DNA from: a virus
Taxonomy: Duplodnaviria > Caudoviricetes
Strand: one strand, 5' to 3'
IMG/VR virus record: IMGVR_UViG_3300037067_013676
Location: 1 to 64,000 of that record
Length of the DNA: 64,000 nucleotides
The position numbers and the translations under genes were made by a program. Below are positions 45,724 through 55,096 of the stretch, piece by piece (position 1 is the stretch's first letter; every line of letters starts with the position of its first letter). The notes beneath the pieces were generated by a model that was not told the DNA's origin, ran no database searches, and saw nothing but the letters and a program-made list of their open reading frames with translations.

Positions 45724-46124
45724 GTATATGTAATATTAGACACGTGTGTTTGTGTGTGAGTAATCTACAAAAAGCCGACTACTTTTATAGAAAAGTATTA
45801 GGTTTACATTATGTAAATAGTGAAGTAGAAGAAGGGGATTTCATTAAATCTCTTTTAGGATTAGATTCTCTAACTTGGGTCAAACTGGCTACTGATAGTG
45901 GAGATATATTAGAATTATATTGGTTGCCCACAAAAACCAATGATTCTTTTAATCATATAGCGTTTACTGTAGAAAATGTGCAATATATGAGAAATAAACT
46001 AAAAGAGTTTGAAATTGAGTGTTCCGAAATTAAATTAGACAAAAGTGGAACTCATAAAGTAATGTTTTGTAGAGACCCCGAAAAAAATATGTTAGAAATT
46101 GTTGAGGAGATTAAAAATGTATAA
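45720..46124 (+). CDS. VOC/glyoxalase-family protein
   Basis: RHVCLCV..L..A..FY..LG; LEL; HIAFTV; RDPE...LEIVE. Confidence 0.85.
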   Translation: MSICNIRHVCLCVSNLQKADYFYRKVLGLHYVNSEVEEGDFIKSLLGLDSLTWVKLATDSGDILELYWLPTKTNDSFNHIAFTVENVQYMRNKLKEFEIECSEIKLDKSGTHKVMFCRDPEKNMLEIVEEIKNV

Positions 46125-46920
46125 TTTAGCGGGTTTAAGTGTAGCATCGGTTGAACTTTCGAGTTTTTGTAATAAGGTTCCAGGGTGCTTCATGTGTGGG
46201 AGACGCAAGCTTGAAAAAGAACATCCAGAACTTTGCCAATGGGGAAATATGGATATTGGATTAGTAGATTTAATTGCAAAACAACTACCTTCAAATATTA
46301 TAGTGAGTCTCCATGGAAATGGGGATCCTTTGTGCTATCCTAGGCTAAAAGAAGCACTACATAGATTTAAGCGTCAAATAAGAGTATTTAATACAAATGC
46401 AGTGGCTTTATTAGAAAAAGCAGATATTATAATAAATAACCTTGAATCTTTAACTATTTCAGTAATAGAAAACGATACTTTAGGAGATAAACAGTATGAA
46501 GATGTTAAAAAGTTTTTAGAAATAAAAGGTAACAAAAAACCAATTATGACTTATAGATTACTTGGAAATGTAGAAAATGCCAAAAGATGGTATGAATTAC
46601 CAGGCAAAGTAGCTACAAGAATACTACACAATCCACTGGGCAGTTTTGACTACACTAAAAAAGTAACGTTGCCTGAACACCAAATTTGTATGGACATGTT
46701 AACCCATTGTTTTATAGATAGATACGGCGATTTTTACCCTTGTATTCGGTACAATCCTTATAAAATAAACAAACTCGGTAATATTAAAGAAAATACTTTA
46801 GAAGAGTTGTGGAATAGCCCCAAAAGACTAAATCTACTTAAAGAACATGTAAAAGGAAACCGCAATTGTAGTAAACTTTGTAGTAAATGTGATTTTTATG
46901 GGATCCCACGTGGAGATTAA
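46117..46920 (+). CDS. radical SAM protein with SPASM/twitch domain
   Basis: CNKVPGCFMC (variant spacing), HGNGDPL, C...G..YPC, CSKC; SD GAGGAG. Confidence 0.85.
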   Translation: MYNLAGLSVASVELSSFCNKVPGCFMCGRRKLEKEHPELCQWGNMDIGLVDLIAKQLPSNIIVSLHGNGDPLCYPRLKEALHRFKRQIRVFNTNAVALLEKADIIINNLESLTISVIENDTLGDKQYEDVKKFLEIKGNKKPIMTYRLLGNVENAKRWYELPGKVATRILHNPLGSFDYTKKVTLPEHQICMDMLTHCFIDRYGDFYPCIRYNPYKINKLGNIKENTLEELWNSPKRLNLLKEHVKGNRNCSKLCSKCDFYGIPRGD

Positions 46921-47089
46921 CTATTGTGATTTAAGTTGTAAATATGCTTCTTTTCCAGATAAGTTATGTGATGGAAGTATGACTTGTAGGACTTTTGTAG
47001 GTATATTTTGTAAGAAAGATAAGAAGATTGTTTATAAGAATGCTAAATGTAGTAAATTTAAGCCTAGGAGCCTCAAAATTGAAAGATAG
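46889..47089 (+). CDS. small Cys-rich protein
   Basis: Six cysteines in 66 aa. Confidence 0.45.
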   Translation: MIFMGSHVEINYCDLSCKYASFPDKLCDGSMTCRTFVGIFCKKDKKIVYKNAKCSKFKPRSLKIER

Positions 47090-47176
47090 TATAAAAAGAG
47101 TAGATTTACCCACTCTACTTAAAATAATCAAACACAGGGTATCACAAACGCAAATTTACCCTATTTGTGAGACTAC

Positions 47177-47938
47177 ATGGGAGACAATATGAGTAATAAT
47201 TGTAAATTTTCACTTTCAGCTTCAGCTATACGACCTCAAATTTGGCAACAGTTGTTAGATTCTTTAAGAAGTAATGATTTGAAATATGAAGTAGTTTTGG
47301 CTGGAAATGTTAGACCACAATTTGATATATCTAAATATCCAGAATTAAAATACATATATTCACCAACAAAGCCGAGTCAGTGTTATCAGATATGTTTTAA
47401 TGAAAGTGTTGGTGAGTTAGTATCTTGGGGAAGTGATGACTCCACCTACCCACCTAACGCTTTAGATGAAATGTATGAGTTTTTTAAGTCTTTTAACAAT
47501 AGAAAATTGGTGGCGGCGTTTAGAACTGTTGAGGATGGTAGAGATATTACTGAATGGCATAGATTGAGGGGGCGAGATCCAAATGCTCCAAGAATGGCTC
47601 CCTTTGGAGTAATGGATAGGGAGTTTTTTAATGAACTGGGTGGATACGATCGTAGATTTATTTGTGGGCAATCTGAAAATGATGTAGTAATGAGAGTGTA
47701 TGAAGCTGGCGGGGAACTACAAATATCTAAAGTTCCAGTAATAGTAAATCATCAAAAAGCTCATGATAGCAGTGGAACTGTGTTTAGAAGTGGATATTTC
47801 CATGAAGATCGTAGGGTATTAGAATCGGCATGGTTTAATCCAGATAAAACTATTTCTAATAAACGATTAGTTCCTTTTGAATCTTTTGATAAAACTGATA
47901 TTTTAACAAAAACTCAATCGCAACGTGGGAAGTGGTAA
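47177..47938 (+). CDS. GT-A (GT2-like) glycosyltransferase, paralog of 38359
   Basis: ASAIRPQ, YIYSPTKPSQC, GSDDS, LGGYDRRF, ENDV. Confidence 0.82.
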   Translation: MGDNMSNNCKFSLSASAIRPQIWQQLLDSLRSNDLKYEVVLAGNVRPQFDISKYPELKYIYSPTKPSQCYQICFNESVGELVSWGSDDSTYPPNALDEMYEFFKSFNNRKLVAAFRTVEDGRDITEWHRLRGRDPNAPRMAPFGVMDREFFNELGGYDRRFICGQSENDVVMRVYEAGGELQISKVPVIVNHQKAHDSSGTVFRSGYFHEDRRVLESAWFNPDKTISNKRLVPFESFDKTDILTKTQSQRGKW

Positions 47939-47939
47939 A

Positions 47940-48554
47940 ATGAAACCTTGGATTGTCAGTTGTTTTTATACCGCCCAAACGCCCTACAGAGACATTTTAT
48001 ATTCACAGTTAATCCCAAGTCTTGATAAATTAAATATTAAATATAACATAGAAGAAATAGAAAATAAAGGTTCGTGGTTAAAAAATGTTGCCCAAAAACC
48101 TCTAACTATACTTCATACTTTAGAAAAGTATCCAGAATATAATTGCGTGTCAATTGATTCTGATGCGGAAGTGTTAAGTTATCCTAAAATATTTGATGAA
48201 ATTGGAGAAGAATTTGATATAGGTTTACATGAGTTAGACTGGGATAGTTGGTATCAAAATAACTCGCATGTTAAAGAAATATTGAGTGGTACTGGTTGGT
48301 TTAACAATACTCAAAAAGTAAAAGATTTAGTTAAAGAGTGGTATGATAGAGCCATAAAAGACTATAAATGGGAGCAAAAGGTGCTTTCGGGTCTGATTTT
48401 AGAAAAAAAAGATATTAAAATATTTGAATTGCCAATTGAATATGTATGGTTAGAATCACTTCCAGATGGTTCTCCACCAAAAATAAAAGGAACTCCAATC
48501 ATTCTTCACAAACAAGCATCTCGCCAAATGAAACGTAAAATTAGATTATTATAA
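47940..48554 (+). CDS. nucleotide-diphospho-sugar transferase (GT-A fold)
   Basis: FYT..Y, W..N...KP, IDSDA (DxD), SGT..F, WEQ..L, LHKQAS. Confidence 0.75.
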   Translation: MKPWIVSCFYTAQTPYRDILYSQLIPSLDKLNIKYNIEEIENKGSWLKNVAQKPLTILHTLEKYPEYNCVSIDSDAEVLSYPKIFDEIGEEFDIGLHELDWDSWYQNNSHVKEILSGTGWFNNTQKVKDLVKEWYDRAIKDYKWEQKVLSGLILEKKDIKIFELPIEYVWLESLPDGSPPKIKGTPIILHKQASRQMKRKIRLL

Positions 48555-49611
48555 TCCCAAAACTTCTAGCCCCCCCAGTAGTAGCATAACAATTATCAAT
48601 ATAAAAAGTATTAATACTATCTGAATTTACTATAGTAATTATAATACTATCTATTGCGTCTTTATTAGCATTACTTACACCAGATATATCCCAAATAACT
48701 CTCTGGTAGGTGTCAGCCGAAGCTATGTTAGGGGTAGTTTCTGTCGTCGTCCCCCCGCTATCCCTAATCCCTATCTTGATATTACTTCCGGTCCTGCTTG
48801 AGCGAATATCAAATTTAATTGCCCCCTGTCCTGTCAAATCTATGGGAGAGCCTATTATGCGGGTAAGGGTCTTGTTAAGGCTGTCAGTTTTTACTGCACC
48901 GCATTTAAGGGAATACGAGCCTTGAGTTTTGATTGTGTTTTCAGAGAAACAATCCAACCCCCCGTTAGTCGCTGAACCTGCCTTAAACCAGTCTATATAA
49001 GTTAATCTTCCTCCAGTAGTAAAGGCATATTGCGAAAACCAGATTAAGCCATTTGTGCCTGCACTTGTCCATAAATCCATTTGCGAAGCCTTCAGGGATT
49101 TATTCAAATAGACATCAACTTTTTTATTAGTCCAGTCAATATCAAAACTCCACTCCTGCCAAGTGTCTTGGACTACGAGGTCAGCCCCTGCTTCTACATA
49201 AGTAGACCCATTAAAAACGAATAACCCGTCAGAGGCAAAAGCAACATTTAACTTGGCACTCCCGTCCTGTGCCGACATAAAAAAATAATCATCAGCCGTC
49301 ATTGTGCCTATGGAGTCGCAGTATACGCTTAGTGAAATCACCGCCCTTGAGCCAAAACTGCCTATATCCTGTGTTCTTCTTGGTTCGTTAGGGTTAAGGT
49401 CGGGGCAGTCAAGTTTCATACAAGACTTACCGTCAAAGGTTACCTGCGAGGAAACACCTGTGCCTATATCATCGTCCGACCAGTCAGTAATATCCGCCAT
49501 ATCCTCATCGTCTATATCGGCGTTAGAGAGAGTAGCCCCATCTGTTACATACGCCGCCTGTGCAAGTTCTGGAGTGCTATATTCCATCAGGTCAATATCT
49601 ATTTGTGCCAT
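48541..49611 (-). CDS. virion/tail-associated beta-sandwich protein with GC-rich body
   Basis: Lectin/CBM-like composition; last gene of the tail block; 48700-49600 about 48-50% GC in sampled lines. Confidence 0.6.
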   Translation of the reverse strand: MAQIDIDLMEYSTPELAQAAYVTDGATLSNADIDDEDMADITDWSDDDIGTGVSSQVTFDGKSCMKLDCPDLNPNEPRRTQDIGSFGSRAVISLSVYCDSIGTMTADDYFFMSAQDGSAKLNVAFASDGLFVFNGSTYVEAGADLVVQDTWQEWSFDIDWTNKKVDVYLNKSLKASQMDLWTSAGTNGLIWFSQYAFTTGGRLTYIDWFKAGSATNGGLDCFSENTIKTQGSYSLKCGAVKTDSLNKTLTRIIGSPIDLTGQGAIKFDIRSSRTGSNIKIGIRDSGGTTTETTPNIASADTYQRVIWDISGVSNANKDAIDSIIITIVNSDSINTFYIDNCYATTGGARSFGIIII

Positions 49612-50255
49612 TTTATATCCATCCTTGTTTTCATAGTTAAAGATTTATGATGAGTTTCACAGAAAGTTTGTCCATTATTCACATCCCAAAATGGTTCATA
49701 TGTAGTGGCAAGTCTAAGTAAAGTTTCTTTATCTTCTATGGGGCTAAATTGTGAATATGTTTGTAAAAATTCTACAACTAATTTAGTGAACGACTTTATG
49801 TGATGAACTTCTAAATTATTTTTAGTAAAACATTCTTGACATCTAAAATAATCTCTTTTTAAGCAATCCATATGCCATTTTTTATATTCATCAATATTTC
49901 TTAAATGATTCATAAGTCTTCTATCTGGAGAAAGTTCATAAATAGTTTGTGCTTTAGTATAACATTCTCTACTACAATATTTCCCCCTACCTCTATCAAC
50001 TTGGTCTTTACGAACTTTAAATTCTTTATCACACTCTAAACATATTCTATTTACTAAAATTAAAGTTCCTTTATTATGAGGAATTTGTCCTTTTAATCTT
50101 CCTTTAATCGCTCCACCAAGCGGTTCATGCCCAACTTGGAATCCACACTTTTTAGGATATAATCCCAATTCTTTTGTTTTACCTTTCATTAAACTAGGTT
50201 CATCTTTTTTAAATCCATTAGTATTACCTAAATTCATTCCTTTAATTCCACTCAT
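49599..50255 (-). CDS. HNH homing endonuclease
   Basis: CLKRDYFRCQEC...LEVHH...NGQTFCETHH. Confidence 0.85.
   Translation of the reverse strand: MSGIKGMNLGNTNGFKKDEPSLMKGKTKELGLYPKKCGFQVGHEPLGGAIKGRLKGQIPHNKGTLILVNRICLECDKEFKVRKDQVDRGRGKYCSRECYTKAQTIYELSPDRRLMNHLRNIDEYKKWHMDCLKRDYFRCQECFTKNNLEVHHIKSFTKLVVEFLQTYSQFSPIEDKETLLRLATTYEPFWDVNNGQTFCETHHKSLTMKTRMDIKWHK
49684..49758 (-). repeat. identical copy of 7037-7111
   Basis: 75/75 identity. Confidence 0.9.
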
Positions 50256-50256
50256 T

Positions 50257-52287
50257 TTACAGTATCCTATTTACAAATAAACTTAAAGTACATCTACTTA
50301 TGGAACTACAACTATCAACATTAAATCTTAATATGTCATTAGTATTTATTGTGGTGGTCCAATTGGTTAAAGTCGAACTTTGATTTTTAACATCTGATGT
50401 TATATAAGGTATTACATTTCCAGATTCTATAATACTATCAGCATTGGTGGGGGGAAAATTTTGATATGAATCCTTCCAAATATCAATAGAAATACTTCCC
50501 GTTGTATCCCCCACTAAAGTCCATCTTGTTATTGTACAGGGAAATGGAATTTCTAAATCCCCCTTTACCCCAGCTGTAATAGCTGAACCACCACCATCTA
50601 TTACAAATTCTATAACACTGGTAAATGTTTTATTTGCCCAATAATCATTTTGGTAAGCTAATATTTGCCCAGTAGTAATACCACTTGTAACATCAACATT
50701 ACTCAAATCATCTAAAGTTGATGGAACGGATAAAGTTTGAAAAGTAGGAGCACTACCAGCACCATTACTAGTTAATACTTGCCCAGATAAACCTATTGCT
50801 ATTTGACTAAAAGAAGTAGTGGTATCTGCATAGGGAATTAAATACTGTGTCCAAGAAGATTTACCTGTACCACCATCTACCACAGCTACATCTCCACCTA
50901 TAGCAGTAGACAACCCCGCCGAATTAACTAATGCGGATTGTTTATTATTAAAAGTAGTCCAATCTGTAGAAGATAAATAACCAGACTGTCCACTAGTTGC
51001 TAATTTAACTTGAATAGTAGTTCCAGAACCAATCACAGCCGAACTTCCCCCAGTAATTGTTAATACTGAAGAAGTTAATTCTGTTAAATTTCCTTTAGCT
51101 ACTGTTGGTTCAAATCCTGTATGCCCAGCAGAAACATAATCTAGTTCAGTTAAAGCAGAGTGATTAGTTACTCCAGCAGAACTAGCTACGTTTCTCCATA
51201 CCGCATCTCCAGCATCCCAAGTTAATACATCTCCATCAGCTAAACCACTATTAACCACTACATCACTTAAATTATCCAAAGTAATCCCCGTACTTATATA
51301 AGTAGAATCTTGATAATCAGCAGTAAATTCGTGATTATGTATAAAATAGTTTTGTTTGTTAATAGAAGTACTTGAAGATGTTATGTAATAATTTCCTTCA
51401 TAAGCCGACTGCCCAGCATTTCTTATAGTTACATAAATAGAAGTTCCATAACTACACCACGCCCAATCTTCATCTAATATTTCTTCACTAGACATTTTAA
51501 GTAAAGAAATTACAGAATTAGCAGGGGTAATTATATAAGCGGTTGCTGTAGTTACTGGAGTGGTTGAAGTTGATATACGAACCCAGTATTTTGTTTGACT
51601 ATTAACACTTGTGGTTGTCCAGTTTGAAGGAATGTCCCAATAAATTCTTCCATCACTTTCAAAATTAGAAGTATCATCAGTATAGGTAGCACCAGAAATA
51701 TCTATACTTGTCCACGCTGTTCCATTCCAATATTCTCCCTCTAAACTATAATTAGAACCTCTTGTATCAAATTCAAAAGAAATTCCAGCAAAAGTTGAAG
51801 AAAGTCCAACATATAAATAATCACTTGTATCATTCATTAAACTAAAACTAGTACCATCTTCTGTGCCTGCTTCTGTAGTGTTATCAGTAAAAACAGAACC
51901 TTCATCTAAAAAGACTTTATCAAAAGTAGTATCAGATTCGGAATTAGCTTCTCCACGATTTTCTAAATCAATATCATCTAAATAGAGCATATTAACAGAA
52001 TTGTATGTGTAGTTGGTTGGTGAGTACTTCCACAGTGAGTAACCCGACTCGGCATGTAAATGCGTCCAGCCACTGTAAGTGGATAAAGTATGACCCAAAC
52101 TTACATCACGAAGGTATTTTCTGTCCAAATCAAAATCTGTAACTAATTGATCTATTTCATTTTTGTCAAACCTAGCTTTTTCTACTAAACCAAAGATTTC
52201 AAGCACTTGATCAGATAAATTAGAAATTTTGGTTGTTGTTGGTAGGTTGGAATTTATCTTACTGATACTCATATCATTTTTCTCCAT
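50257..52287 (-). CDS. tail fibre-like protein
   Basis: Ser/Thr/Gly-rich beta repeats; C-terminal FVIDGGGSAIT.GVKGD...IDIWK domain typical of phage fibres. Confidence 0.7.
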   Translation of the reverse strand: MEKNDMSISKINSNLPTTTKISNLSDQVLEIFGLVEKARFDKNEIDQLVTDFDLDRKYLRDVSLGHTLSTYSGWTHLHAESGYSLWKYSPTNYTYNSVNMLYLDDIDLENRGEANSESDTTFDKVFLDEGSVFTDNTTEAGTEDGTSFSLMNDTSDYLYVGLSSTFAGISFEFDTRGSNYSLEGEYWNGTAWTSIDISGATYTDDTSNFESDGRIYWDIPSNWTTTSVNSQTKYWVRISTSTTPVTTATAYIITPANSVISLLKMSSEEILDEDWAWCSYGTSIYVTIRNAGQSAYEGNYYITSSSTSINKQNYFIHNHEFTADYQDSTYISTGITLDNLSDVVVNSGLADGDVLTWDAGDAVWRNVASSAGVTNHSALTELDYVSAGHTGFEPTVAKGNLTELTSSVLTITGGSSAVIGSGTTIQVKLATSGQSGYLSSTDWTTFNNKQSALVNSAGLSTAIGGDVAVVDGGTGKSSWTQYLIPYADTTTSFSQIAIGLSGQVLTSNGAGSAPTFQTLSVPSTLDDLSNVDVTSGITTGQILAYQNDYWANKTFTSVIEFVIDGGGSAITAGVKGDLEIPFPCTITRWTLVGDTTGSISIDIWKDSYQNFPPTNADSIIESGNVIPYITSDVKNQSSTLTNWTTTINTNDILRFNVDSCSSISRCTLSLFVNRIL

Positions 52288-52669
52288 TTACTTCTTTTTC
52301 TTTTAATTGTTCTTCAAGATTTTTAATTTTATCTTCTAAAGATTTTATTTTTATTTTATCTACACTTAAAAAATTATTTTCAACCTTACTTATAATTTTA
52401 GATTCTTTTTTTAATTTAGTTTTGTTTAAATCTAGTTGAATTTCTTCATTAGATTTTTTTATTATTTTTTTGTCTATTATTTTATATAATTTATAATCAT
52501 TATAAAAAGGAAAATCTTTAATTGATATAAAAAACTCAGTTAATTTATGTTCATTATTCCAAAAATCCGAAATTGTAGCAGAATTATTTGGGAATCTTTT
52601 TTCTAAATAAGATTCATCAGTAAATATAAATTCTATTTCCCCAGTTTCTTTTTTATATCCCAAAAGCAT
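52274..52669 (-). CDS. tail-associated protein with coiled-coil C-terminus
   Basis: Position among fibre genes; IKSLEDKIKNLEEQLKE. Confidence 0.4.
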   Translation of the reverse strand: MLLGYKKETGEIEFIFTDESYLEKRFPNNSATISDFWNNEHKLTEFFISIKDFPFYNDYKLYKIIDKKIIKKSNEEIQLDLNKTKLKKESKIISKVENNFLSVDKIKIKSLEDKIKNLEEQLKEKEVNGEK

Positions 52670-53254
52670 TTAACCAGTCTCCTTTTTATTCATTATTATA
52701 GTATAATCTGCCTTTTCTATACCATTTTTACCAACTACATAAGAATCTATATATGAAGAAGCACTTGCATCATAAACATTATAACGTATAGCAGCAAATA
52801 TTTTTACAAATGTTATAGTAGTATCGCTTAATTTATCCCAATAAATTTCTGGATAAATACTTGTAATTAAATCCCATTCGCTATCTGTTAATGGATTTTG
52901 ATTAATACCTGGAGTCCAACTTGTCATAACTCCAGTACTTAAATTTTTAGTATATTGAGTAGTAAAACTATCTGCAAATGCAGTAGCAGAATAAGAAGTT
53001 CCTATACTAGTTACTCCAACATTTATTCTTACATTTAATAAAAAAGCATTAATCATAACATTAACATTATCAATCGGAACAGTGGCATAATTTGGTAAGT
53101 ATACTGGAGCATAATATTTATCTGTGTCAATTAGTTCATTTGACATAACAACTTGGGAACTATCTACTACATATGGCATATTTGGAGTTATTTTTAAAGT
53201 ACTTCCATCTGCGTCTTTTATTTTTAATCCATAAACAGACATTAAAAATCCCAC
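52670..53254 (-). CDS. tail protein, paralog domain 3
   Basis: YGLKIKD...YTKNLSTGVMT...IYP.IYW...IFAA..Y...DYTI. Confidence 0.65.
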   Translation of the reverse strand: MGFLMSVYGLKIKDADGSTLKITPNMPYVVDSSQVVMSNELIDTDKYYAPVYLPNYATVPIDNVNVMINAFLLNVRINVGVTSIGTSYSATAFADSFTTQYTKNLSTGVMTSWTPGINQNPLTDSEWDLITSIYPEIYWDKLSDTTITFVKIFAAIRYNVYDASASSYIDSYVVGKNGIEKADYTIIMNKKETG

Positions 53255-55086
53255 TCCTTTAAAAATACTGCATAATCTACAGAAGTTATCCCGCCAGTAT
53301 TTCCAATACTGTAAACAGCTTTTATTTCTGAAAGACCATCAACAATAATATAACATGTAGCTGCCCATAAACGAACAGAAGTTAAATTTTCTCCAACTCT
53401 ATCCCATCCAACTATAGGGAATATAGAAACAATCGCATCCCATGTATTTGGGGTTGACGCTGTATGTGAACCTGGAGTAAATGTTGTCATAACACCAGTT
53501 GTTGAATCTTTAGTATAATAAGTATAATCATCATCTAAATAAATACTTGGTATATATCGCATTGTGGAAGCTGGGTCTCCCGAAGCCCAACCTAAACCAC
53601 AACCAAAAGCTTCCCAAGTTATATTACCATGAGGCAGTATAAATACTCCAATATTAGAAACAGGTATGGATGCGGTTCCTGGTAAATCAATATCAAATCC
53701 ATAAGTACCATCTCCATTTAAACTATTAGGCATTGTTGCAGTTCCACTACTAATAACAGTTCCAATTTCAGGAGTTAAAACATTTATATCAGTCCCATCT
53801 TTTATTTTTAATCCATACTTAACTACTTCATCAATAGAAAAAGATCCTAAATATGCTTTTACTGAACCACTACCAGAACAATAAAATCTAATTTTAATTT
53901 TATAAGCCCCCGATGGTGCAACAACATTTTCTACATAAGATTTAGTATAACTTTGATTAGCAGTTAATGCGGCTATAGAGTGACTAGAAATTAAATCTCC
54001 ATTTGAATCTAACCATTCATATTTAAAATTTACATTTGCACTTGCTACATATGATAATATTTTTATGTATCCATTTATGTTAAAAGTAAGATTAGCTATA
54101 CTTTTTCCAAAATCTACTATTTTATATACTTCACAATTTCCAGAACCTTTATATTCCAATTCTTGACATCTATATCCTTTAAATACATCAGTATTATTCC
54201 AAACAGAAACAAAATTATAATCGTCTACAGATAATACCCAACCATAATAATCATTTGTTTGTGTTATACGTTTTATTCCATTTTTACCATTTCCGCCTGA
54301 CGCACCATTACCTCCATTATAGGATCTTCCACCACCACCGCCACCTCCTCCTCTTACCGTTCCGTTTCCACCTACACTATTCGAACCTCCACTACCATTA
54401 TTACCATTAATACCTTTACCCCCATTTCCACCAGCTTCAGCACCATAATATTGATTTGTACCAGTTCCTAAAGATCCTCCAGTACCAGCTAAACCGCCAG
54501 AAAAACTTATTGTGCCCAAATTAGTCAAAGAATAATAAAATAAATCTATTTGACCAGCATCTCCACCACTGCCACCTCCTCCTCCACCCCCACCCCCACC
54601 TCTAAAACCACCCCCATTAGTACCGTTAGAACCATTAACACCGTTTTCCCCAGAAGAAGTTATTGTACCTTGATTATTTAAGGTATAAGCGGCTAAAAAT
54701 AAATCCCCTCTTTTTCTTCCCCCACTTCCCCCACTACCTCCAGCACCGCCCGAGTCTCCAGAATCAAATCTTGCACCACTACCACCGCCTCCACCACCAG
54801 CTCCATTACCTTCTGTAGCTGATGATGATCCATTAGTCCCAGGATTACCAGTTTGACCACTGGGGGATGCGCCACCAGCACCACCTATTCCACCACTTCC
54901 AATAAAAGATGAACAAATTGTTCCATTATTTAATAAAGTTTCAGCAACTCTAACTCTATATCCATCAGTAGTTAAAGTTATTCCACCATTAATAGTTAAA
55001 TTATTATAACATTTATCAGAAGTTAAAGTAGTGTTAGATGATATTGTAACATCTCCATTTGTTCCATTACCAAATATTCCTGCCAT
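53242..55086 (-). CDS. Gly-rich tail protein with C-terminal paralog domain 2
   Basis: Poly-Gly N-terminal half, beta-sandwich middle, repeat domain at 53242-53820. Confidence 0.7.
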   Translation of the reverse strand: MAGIFGNGTNGDVTISSNTTLTSDKCYNNLTINGGITLTTDGYRVRVAETLLNNGTICSSFIGSGGIGGAGGASPSGQTGNPGTNGSSSATEGNGAGGGGGGSGARFDSGDSGGAGGSGGSGGRKRGDLFLAAYTLNNQGTITSSGENGVNGSNGTNGGGFRGGGGGGGGGGSGGDAGQIDLFYYSLTNLGTISFSGGLAGTGGSLGTGTNQYYGAEAGGNGGKGINGNNGSGGSNSVGGNGTVRGGGGGGGGRSYNGGNGASGGNGKNGIKRITQTNDYYGWVLSVDDYNFVSVWNNTDVFKGYRCQELEYKGSGNCEVYKIVDFGKSIANLTFNINGYIKILSYVASANVNFKYEWLDSNGDLISSHSIAALTANQSYTKSYVENVVAPSGAYKIKIRFYCSGSGSVKAYLGSFSIDEVVKYGLKIKDGTDINVLTPEIGTVISSGTATMPNSLNGDGTYGFDIDLPGTASIPVSNIGVFILPHGNITWEAFGCGLGWASGDPASTMRYIPSIYLDDDYTYYTKDSTTGVMTTFTPGSHTASTPNTWDAIVSIFPIVGWDRVGENLTSVRLWAATCYIIVDGLSEIKAVYSIGNTGGITSVDYAVFLKEWDF

Positions 55087-55096
55087 TTAACTCCTC

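Noticed and set aside
27081-48554. Phosphonate or RiPP biosynthetic cluster
   Set aside because: No PEP mutase seen, no convincing precursor peptide, protease or exporter; transferases and NeuAB point to sugars.
52667-52672. Second readthrough site at TAA-ATG adjacency (also 28587-28592)
   Set aside because: An ATG follows the stop directly (with an AAGGAG SD at 52669) and no motif is split; ordinary translational coupling.
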